Shown piece by piece: positions 53,565 through 64,000 of a DNA stretch of 64,000 bases. Made by a program: the position numbers and the translations under genes. Position 1 is the stretch's first letter, and every line of letters begins with the position of its first letter. Source of the DNA: Paraspadella gotoi (lineage: Eukaryota > Animalia > Chaetognatha); contig CM119270.1 in assembly GCA_051294375.1 (NCBI GenBank), positions 14,053,316 to 14,117,315 on the forward strand, given 5' to 3'. The notes below the pieces were generated by a model. That model had not been told where the DNA came from. It saw only the letters and a list, made by a program, of their open reading frames with translations, and did not search any database.

Positions 53565-54269
53565 CGGAAGAAAAGATAAAACGGAGGAGAACAACGCGGA
53601 AAGATTCGCTCCCCAAAATCGCTCACGCCGATAAACAAGTCTGTTTTCGGGAATACAAAAAGGGAGAGAGAGAGAGAGAGAGAGAGGAGAGAGGAGGAGA
53701 GAGAGAGAAGAGAAGAGAAAGAGAGAGAGAAAGAGAGAAGAGAGAAGAGAGAGAGAGAGAGGAGAGAGAGAGAGTGAGAGAGAGAGAGGAAGAGAGAGAG
53801 AATAACCTGGGGAGGATCGATAGGAAGTGGCGGTGACAGCGGAGGAAGGAAAGACTAGACTCGGCCCAATGCACTTGTGCTCGGGGAGCGGGGGGGGCGA
53901 GGAAGGGTCGCGATGAGGCGCGAGACTTAGGGGGGGGGACCAAGGGGGGGCGTCGGATCGTCACCAAACCTCCATACAATTTCGACGTTAGTTTAGGAGA
54001 TGAAAAAGACAGCCGGAAATCAAAAAACCGTCGTAGCCTATTTTATCACCCCCCAAAAAAAGGAAAGAATGAAAAATATGGTTGATGGGTCTTTATGCTA
54101 ATCGGTTCCGGACCGCGCTGTGTGGCGATGTTTGTGTGTGCGCGTTTCTGAATGAGAAGCGGCGATAGAAGGTGGAATCATAATCGCCGTTATCAATTAT
54201 ATTTGGGGTGGATTTTTTTATTTACTTTGAGGCTAAATTTAGGTTTGGAGGGAAGTCGCTTTCAGTCAT

Positions 54270-55953
54270 ATTTTGTGATTTCATTGTGAGGTCTTCTTTT
54301 GTGAAAGGCTTTGCTGTCGATGGGAAAGGTAGGAGGAGATTGCTGAGTTTAGTCAGGTTATAATTTTATCTAATAAAGTAAAATGTTTTAAAATTGATAT
54401 AGCTTAAACATCTCCCCGAAGACTCCAGCAAAAAGAGAATCCTCAGATGGTGGTGATGATGAAGATGATAACGCCGACGGTTTGTGTCCCGACGCAAAGA
54501 TCGAGTTATGCCCCACACTGTCCCTGCGGAGGACGATTCGTCGGTCGCTTTGTGATCGAGTCGAGCGTGAAATTGTGAAACAATGACGAAGACCGAGTTT
54601 CGTTTGTGATGTGAAGAACGAAATGGAGATCGGAGACGTGAAAGAATGAAATGTGGGCGAATGTTTATGAATAACTCAGGCGTGAAACGATGGACACTAA
54701 ACTAACTTTGCATTTTCGACGTTTGATTCTAAAGAGGGTTGGAGTGGGAGATCCTGTATTATTATTATAGTAAGAAAGTAAATTGAAATCGCCGGCCGAA
54801 TTCTTTTAAAATTCCCATGCCCGCTATAACGAAATATTTTGCTCCCTCTGTTCAAACGGCCTCGGGTCGCAAAACGTACCTTATTTTGGAAGTATTTGTT
54901 TTAGAATTGTTTACTTTTACAAATGTTAAACCAAGATTCTCTCTCTCGCCATATTATAAAAATTGAATGCCCACTTTGTACAATTAGCCAATTCGAGTTC
55001 CATGTCGCTTTTCTGATTTCAATAAATCGATTTTCATCTCATTTTTGTTTCGCCATTTTCTTATCTCGGACCACCTCCACTGCTGGCTTGTTTGAAAATT
55101 GGCTCTGCACCAAAATAGAAATGTATCCATTCATTAATAAATTAAGCTATCTTTGCCCCTGACTTTGAAAAAAGTTATCTGACGTCTGTCTATCGTACTT
55201 GAAATTGTTATCTTTGATTATCACTGCCTTATTAAATAAAGCTCATTTAAATATAATTTGTTACACGCTGTAAGAGAGGGCTTGTATGCTTAAGCCGAAA
55301 CATATACGTTTTTTACAAATAAAGTCGTTGTTAGAATAAACATTAATACCACGTCTTCCAAGTATAATTTTTATAAAAAAAATCAAGCTTTTGCGTTTGT
55401 AGTTTATAGATTCTGATAAAATTAAATAAATCAATTGTTTTAAATTGAAATATACTCAATCAAGAGTAGTAAAAACGGCATTCGGCAAATTTTTTATTGA
55501 ATAAAATTACAAATTAGAGAATATTTAGGAAACTACACTCTTATATTTTGTTTTACACAGATGTTTTCAAAGTACAAATGGCTCAAAAAAAATGCATACT
55601 TCTCCGAGCCAAATCTCCAAATCCCCCAAAATCTCCAAATCCCATTTGGTCTTCTTTCTTCATCGCTGAAGTCGCAAAGAAGATTCGAAAATTCGTCAAA
55701 AGTCTCAACGGAGAATCGAGTTGCAGAGATCATCCTTTCATTTCGACTCATCCTCCTCCCCGTCTCCTCTCTCTTCTCCGCCTCTCCTCTCTCTTCTCCC
55801 CTCTCTTCCCTCTCCTCCCCTCTCTCTCGCCCACTTCTACTTCGTCGTCCTCTTAGCAACAAACAAACGAGTGATGATGATGGCGTCAGAGTTTCTTCCA
55901 TTCATCCCGATGACCTTTAGCGATGGAGAGTCTTATTGTGGGGAAACGGTTTT

Positions 55954-56028
<75 letters not shown>

Positions 56029-58473
56029 TTTCTCGCGAGTTGTCGCCACCGGGTCTTTTGACTTTCGGCGAGAGACGAGCTCATGACTTCACTCCACTCT
56101 GAGTGTTGGGACAAATAAGAGAGATCAGATGCGATTCGAGTCTTTTGAGTCTTGAGTCGCGAATCAAATCGATTCAATCTAACTGGAAGGCGACAACATT
56201 TTTTTTTTTAAAGAAAAACATTTTCATTTTTAGTTTTGTTTTGTGATGTTTTTGTTTTTATTTTTAGTTAAAATGCTGCGATTTTTAAAATTAGGAATTA
56301 CATCATTCTGCTATTGTCTAGAAATTATCTCTCTCTGGTGGGTNNNNNNNNNNNNNNNNNNNNNNNNNATTTTTGATTGAATAACAATTACAAATTAGAG
56401 AATATTTAGGAACTACACTCTTATATTTTGTTTTACACAGATGTTTCAAAGTACAAATGGCTCAAAAAAATGCATCTTCTCCGAGCCAAATCTCCAAATC
56501 CCCCAAAATCTCCAAATCCCATTTGGTCTTCTTCTTCATCGCTGAAGTCGAAAGAAGATTCGAAAATTCGTCAAAAGTCTCAACGGAGAATCGAGTTGCA
56601 GAGATCATCCTTTCATTTCGACTCATCCTCCGGTCCCCTTTCATCCCCTCTCCATACCTCTCTTGCCCTCTCCTCCCTTCTCTTCCCCTCTCCTCCCCTC
56701 TCTCTCTCCACTTCTACTTCGTCGTCCTCTTAGCAACAAACAAACGAAGTGATGATGATGGCGTCAGAGTTTCTTCCATTCATCCCGTGACCTTTAGCGA
56801 TGGAGAGTCTTATGTGGGGAAACGTTTTTATCTCTCTCTCTCTCTCTCTCCTCCTCTCTCATCTTCTCTCTCCTGTGTTCGTTCTCCATATTCGTGCTCT
56901 GCTCATCCTTTTCTCAGGCGAGTTTGTCGCCACCGGGTCTTTTGACTTTCGGCGAGAGACGAGCTCATGACTTCACTCCACTCTGAGTGTTGGGGACAAA
57001 TAAGAGAGTCAGATGCGATTCGAGTCTTTGAGTCTTGAGTCGCGAATCAAATCGATTCAATCTAACTGGAAGGCGACAACATTTTTTTTAAAGAAAAAAC
57101 ATTTTCATTTTAGTTTTGTTTGTGATGTTTTTTGTTTTTATTTTAGTTAAAATGCTGCGATTTTTAAAATTAGGAATTACATCATTCTGCAATTGTTCTA
57201 GAAATTGTTTTTCAGTACAGTTTAAATGTTTAATTAAATAAGGATTTAAAAACGAGTTCATATAAAATGATGATTTTTTTTCAAAAGTTTCTACCCGTCA
57301 CGAAGCGGGCGTAGCATGCCGTAGTAATGCTTTAATCATTAATCATTTAATTAATAATATTTACTCTTTTTGTTGCGTTTGAATGTAGAAGACGAAAAAG
57401 TAATTTTAGATTTTTTATGCCAACAACGACTGGTTTATATATATATACATAGTACATGAAAAAAAAAGGAACATGTTTTGTCAATTATGTTTGCCGTCGT
57501 CATCGCATCTGATTTGTGCTGATATTTCGAAAGTAAGGCAAACATTATTGCCCAAACATGCCCTTTATTTTATTATGTAAGTAAAGCTAACTAAAGCTAT
57601 CGTTGTCATCAAAACGAAAATTCGTTTTTCGTCTTCTATAATTTTCACTTAAAAATTTTTTTAAGAGGCCATCGTTCTTTTCTTCCATGAAAACATTTAA
57701 AATCAGCCAGCGAGTCAAACTCCGAGTCATGAGCAAACATCGTTTCTCGGCTCAAAAACGGAAGTTGAATCACCAAATATGTCAAGAGTTGCCTTCAAAA
57801 GTCTTCGTTGATTCCAATCAAACATTTGAATAACTCGCTCTTCAGTTTCTTTGAGATGCACTCAAGTTTATATAATTATGCACCGTGAAATTAATAGGGT
57901 TCGGGAATCGCAGGCGCACTTTTTCTTAAGGATGAATTTAAAAGCGTTAGAATAGAAGAGTAATAGTTAAATGTAAAAATTAAGCCTTGGACATGGACGT
58001 TGGACAACAGAAAGATATAGATTATACTATTAGGTTATTTTACATGACTGTTGAGATTTTGGCGATGTACTCAAAACGGACGGTTGGATCATATGCATGT
58101 GCATTGCGCAATTGTATAGTGCGAATGACATTTTTTTTCCACTCTGGACGGACAAACTTTTCTCGAACGGTCGTTGCGTGAACCGACGTGGCGCGGTCTG
58201 CCCGTCCGACTCCCGACCCTCGAAACTCGGGATGTTTTTCCGTCGCTTTGACGACGAAAACCACTAAATTTCTCCCCCCCCCCCAATTTTCTCTCCTTCA
58301 AAATTCCCCCCTTACGATTTTCCCCTCCAATTCCCAGCGACAAAAAAAAAAGAGGGATTCCCTCGGAGGTCGAGATTCCCTCGACGAGACGACGAGAGGA
58401 GTCCCCATCCAACCTTCACGCATCTCTACATCTCCGGGGCGACGCTCGGTGGTGCCAGTCAGAATCTGAGCCG

Positions 58474-58562
<89 letters not shown>

Positions 58563-58743
58563 CTTCTCTCTCTCTCTCTCTCTTAAAAAAAGCGGGAAGG
58601 GACCTCCTTCTCTCTGCCCCTTTCTCCGTACGGGGGATTGAGGGGAAAAGAAAGAAAGAGAAAAATGGCTCCCTTTTCATCGGATCTGTCCGCGCATTTA
58701 GGGAAAAAGAAAAGCGTAATCGTCGGGGGGTCGGGGTTGTCAA

Positions 58744-58775
<32 letters not shown>

Positions 58776-60190
58776 AAGGCAAACAGAGGAGCACAAAAGT
58801 CATCGTAAGGGTTTTTCTTTCCTTCATTCGATGAATGACGTTCGAAAAGAGGTTAGAGGGTGAAGCTTCTAGAGTTTAAGGGGAGGACGTCGGAGTGTAG
58901 TACTTGGCGGGAAGATTTATATTTCGATTAAAAATACTTAATTTCGTACGGGGCATCGAGCAATAACTTAATGTGACTATTTCCTACAAGAATCTTGGAA
59001 GTATTTTTTTTTTTAATGAGTCTCGTAATAAATACTTCAAGAATCTCGAAAATTTCCTATATTTAAAACGTTATGTTGGAATCTTTGGACTGGAGACATT
59101 AAGAACGTTTTATAACGAGCGTGAAGAAAAACAATTCTTTACAATCAAATCCCCCCCCAAAAAAGTAGAAGTAAAAAGATACATATAATTATCAATCGTC
59201 GTTTTTCTTATTTATTGCATACAGGGAAGTTTGTTATAATTCCTAAGCTTACGAAATGATCNNNNNNNNNNTACATATAATTATCTATCGTCGTTTTTCT
59301 TATTTATTGCACACAGGGAAGTTTGTTATAATTCCTGAGCTTACGAAATGATCTTTTGTCGATATTTTTTAAGTAAANNNNNNNNNNNNNNNNNNNNNNN
59401 NNAACTTCAAATTTTTTATCGCGTTTTTATCAATTTAAAATTGAGATCACGATCCTTATTCGACTTTTTTTTTACTTAAAAATATCGACAAAAGATCATT
59501 TCGTAAGCTTAGGAATTATAACAAACTTCCCTGTATGCAATAAATAAGAAAAACGACGATTGATAATTATATGTATCTTTTACTTCTACTTTTTTGGGGG
59601 GGGATTTGATTGTAAAGAATTGTTTTTCTTCACGCTCGTTATAAAACGTTCTTAATGTCTCCAGTCCAAAGATTCCAACATAACGTTTTTAGAAAATCAA
59701 TAGAAATTTTCGAGATTCTTGAAGTATTTATTACGAGACTCATAAAAAAACGAAAAAATACTTCCAAGATTCTTGTAGGAAATAAGTCACATAAGTTATT
59801 GCTCGATGCCCCGTACGAAATTAAGTATTTTTAATCGAAATATAAATCTTCCCGCCAAGTACTACACTCCGACGTCCTCCCCTTAAACTCTAGAAGCTTC
59901 ACCCTCTAACCTCTTTTTCGAAGTCATTCATCGAATGAAGGAAAGAAAAACCCTTACGATGACTTTTGTGCTCCTCTGTTTGCCTTTCGCGTCGTCGTCG
60001 TCGTCGTCGTCGTCGCCTTGACAACCCCGACCCCCGACGATTACGCTTTTCTTTTTCCCTAAATGCCGGACAGATCCGATGAAAAGGGAGCCATTTTTTC
60101 TCTTTCTTTCTTTTCCCCTCAATCCCCCGTACGGAGAAAGGGCAGAGAGAAGGAGGTCCCTTGCTTTTTTTAAGAGAGAGAGAGAGAGAG

Positions 60191-60281
<91 letters not shown>

Positions 60282-61836
60282 CGGCTCAGATTCTGACTGG
60301 CACCACCGAGCGTCGCCCCGGAGATGTAGAGATGCGTGAAGGTTGGATGGGGACTCCTCTCGTCGTCTCGTCGAGGGAATCTCGACCTCCGAGGGAATCC
60401 CTCTTTTTTTTTTGTCGCTGGGAATTGGAGGGGAAAATCGTAAGGGGGGAATTTTGAAGGAGAGAAAATTGGGGGGGGGGAGAAATTTAGTGGTTTTCGT
60501 CGTCAAAGCGACGGAAAAACATCCCGAGTTTCGAGGGTCGGGAGTCGGACGGGCAGACCGCGCCACGTCGGTTCACGCAACGACCGTTCGAGAAAAGTTT
60601 GTCCGTCCAGAGGGGAAAAAAAATGTCATCGCACTATACAATTGCGCAATGCACATGCATATGATCCAACCGTCCGTTTTGAGTACATCGCCAAAATCTC
60701 AACAGTCATGTAAAATAACCTAATAGTATATCTATATCTTTCTGTTTGTCCAACGTCCATGTCCAAGGCTTAATTTTTACATTTAACTATTACTCTTCTA
60801 TTCTAACGCTTTTAAATTCATCTTAGAAAAAGTGCGCCTGCGATTCCGAACCCTATTAATTTCACGGTGCATAATTATATAAACTTGAGTGCATCTCAAA
60901 GAAACTGAAGAGCGAGTTATTCAAATGTTTGATTGGAATCAACGAAGACTTTTGAAGGCAAACTCTTGACATATTTGGTGATTCAACTTCCGTTTTTGAG
61001 CGAGAAACGATTTTGCTCATGACTCGGAGTTTGTGACTCGCTGGCTGATTTTAAATGTTTTCATGAAGAAAAGAACGATGGCCTCTTAAAAAAAATTTTT
61101 AAGTTGAAAATTATAGAAGACGAAAAACGAATTTTCGTTTTGATGACAACGATAGCTTTAGTTAGCTTTACTTACATAATAAAATAAAGGGCATGTTTGG
61201 GCAATAATGTTGCCTTACTTTCGAAATATCAGCACAAATCAATGCGATGACGACGGCAAACATAATTGACAAAAACATGTTCCTTTTTTTCATGTACTAT
61301 GTATATATATATAAACCAGTCGTTGTTGCATAAAAAAATCTAAAATTACTTTTTCGTCTTCTACATTCAAACGCAACAAAGAAGAGTAAATATTATTAAT
61401 TAAAATGATTAATGATTAAAGCATTACTACGGCATGCTACGCCCGCTTCGTGACGGTAGAAACTTTTGAAAAAAAATCATCATTTTTAATGAACCTCGTT
61501 TTTAAATCCTTATTTAATTAAACATTTAAACTGTACTGAAAAACAATTTCTAGAACAATTGCAGAATGATGTAATTCATAATTTTAAAAATCGCAGCATT
61601 TTAACTAAAAAAAAAACAAAAAACATCACAAAACAAAACTAAAATGAAAATGTTTTTTCTTTAAAAAAATGTTGTCGCCTTCCATTTAGATTGAATCGAT
61701 TTGATTCGCGACTCAAGACTCACCTGACTCGAATCGCATCTGACTCTCTTATTTGTCCCCAACACTCAGAGTGGAGTGAAGTCATGAGGCTCGTCTCTCG
61801 CCGAAAGTCAAAAGACCCGGTGGCGACACTCGCGAG

Positions 61837-61895
<59 letters not shown>

Positions 61896-63114
61896 GAAAA
61901 AAACGTTTCCCCACATAAGACTCTCCATCGCTAAAGGTCACGGGATGAATGGAAGAAACTCTGACGCTCATCATCACTCGTTTGTTTGTTGCTAAGGAGG
62001 ACGACGAAGTAGAAGTGGAGAGAGAGGGCGAGGAGGGGGAAGGAAGGGAGGAGAGGGAAGAGAGGTACAGAGGGGATGAAAGGGGTACGGAAGGATGAGT
62101 CGAAATGAAAGGGATGAATCTCTGCAACTCGCATTCTCCCGTTAGACTTTTTGACGAATTTTCGAATCTTCTTCTCGACTTCAGCGATGAAAAAAAACCA
62201 AATGGGATTTGGAGATTTTGGGGATTTGGAGATTTTTGGCTCGGAGAAAGATGCATTTTTTTTGAGCCATTTTGTACTTTGAAACATCTGTGGTAAAACA
62301 AAATTATAAGCAGTGTAGTTCCTAAATATTCTCTAATTTGTAATGTTTATTCAATCAAAAATTGCCAGAATGCCGTTTTATATACTCTTGACTTGAGTAT
62401 ACTTTCATATAAAAATAAAACAATTGATTTTAATTTATTATCAGAATCTATAAACTACAAACGCATAAACTTGATTTTTTTTATAAAAATTATATTAAAT
62501 TAGCTTTATTTAATAAGCAGTCATAATCAAAGAATAACAATTTACAGAGTACAACTCAGATACTTTTTTTTCCTAAGTCAGGGCAATATAGCTTATTTTT
62601 TAAATGAATGGATAATTTCTATTTTGTTATGCCATTTCAAAACAAGCCACCCTTAGAATCCAACGTCGAAAATTGCAAAGTTAGTTATGTCCATCGTTTC
62701 ACGCTGAGTTATTCATAAACATTCGCCCACATTTAATTCTTCACGTCTCCGATCTCCATTTCGTTCTTCACATCACAAACGAAACTCGGTCTTCGTCATT
62801 GTTTCACAAGGTTCACGCTCGACTCGATCACCAAAGCGACCGACGAATCGTCCTTCTGCAGGGCAGTGTGAGGCATAACTCGATCTTTGCGTCGGGACTC
62901 AAACCGTCGCGTTATCATCTTCTCTCAACCACCATCTGAGGATTCTCTTTTTGCTGGAGTCTTCGGGGGAGATGTTTAAGCTATATCATTTTAAAACATT
63001 TTACTTTATTAGATAAAAATTATAACCTGACTAAACTCAGCAATCTCCTCCTACCTTTCCATCGACAGGCAAATAGCCTTTCACAAAAAAGACCTCACAA
63101 TGAAATCACAAAAT
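54270..63114. repeat. Large palindrome, 54270-~59377 versus ~59470-63114, with an internal direct duplication 55490-56330 / 56370-57200
   Basis: ORF pairs on opposite strands (58188+ and 60566-; 58412- and 60343+). attttgtgatttca at 54270 mirrors tgaaatcacaaaat at 63101. 25-N gaps lie at 56344-56368 and 59378-59402. Confidence 0.9.
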
Positions 63115-64000
63115 GTGCGATAAATATTATCATAATTCAATATCTATTGAAAATTTTTTAAATATGAAATAAGAAATAAGAAATATTCTTTATACGTTGA
63201 GTTTGTATTGAGCAAAACGGCAGAGGTCACTCTATTCAGAGAATATAAAACAAAATGACAATATATACGCCAATGATGGGTTTATTATTGCTAGTTGCAT
63301 ACATTTTTACAATGGATGAAATTAAGGAGGTATATAAGCAAGTACTGCTTAAAAACTGTTAAGAGTTTTAAAGAACCTCAAAGTATGTGGATAAGGCGCT
63401 AAGTGGGCAGAAGAGTGCGATCCGCAACTTCCCCAACCGCCTCTAGCAGCCATGGAAAACGGTTGGGAGTTTTCCAGGCCCCAAGGCGGTTTACGACCGT
63501 GCTCGCGCTTCCCGCAGGGTAGGTACCAGTGGGCATCGATCCCGGTACCTAATGGTCATGAGCTGAGGGGATTACTAAATGAGCCACAGGATCAATATAA
63601 AAAAAAGAAGAAATAATTATATATAAAGCAATAAAATCAATCAATCAAATAATTTAAACGTTTTTCTAGATTGTTATTTAGATTTTACCTTTGGAAACGG
63701 ATAAATCTTTTCTTCCGTAGAATCGAAATGCATAAATAATTTAGGTGAATGAATAGAAGCGATCGTCGCCGGAGAATTTAAGGAAAAAAATATTAGGAAA
63801 TCAGAGAATGATATTGCTTGACAGATGCTTCGCCCCAGTAATTGGTTTTACTTGAATTGTTAATTTACAATTTTTTTTCTTATCGGTTGTAAAACAAATA
63901 GTAAAACCATCTCTAAAGGTCATATGGTTTTTGTACAAAAGATTAAAATAAAAAAGGTTAAAGCGGTGCTTGGTGACCTTTCATGCAGCATATCAACAGC

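Overview
Eukaryotic (animal) draft-assembly sequence, very rich in (GA)n and (GAC)n microsatellites, with 15 N-gaps. It contains one recognisable gene, a + strand NK2.2/vnd-class homeobox gene. I reconstruct it as five coding exons with matching splice phases: 19159-20058, 21124-21502, 47065-47556, 47961-(gap at 48072) and 48602-~49348. The protein carries a TN/eh1 motif, an NK2 homeodomain with Tyr54 and an NK2-SD. Large parts of intron 2 and the downstream region consist of multi-kb inverted and direct duplications, including two identical frameshifted antisense copies of exons 1-2. These are noisy and are associated with five gaps of exactly 25 N, so they most likely come from long-read gap filling with fold-back reads plus uncollapsed haplotypes. 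Smaller elements include a degenerate Penelope-type minimal hammerhead ribozyme inside a ~150 bp hairpin (2893-3039, minus strand), a DINE-1/Helentron-like element end (12620-12893), 17-bp and 21-bp minisatellites, a degenerate TTAGGG-like tract and a structured GC-rich island near 63.4 kb. Almost all other ORFs in the track are microsatellite translations. I found no convincing novel multi-gene system.
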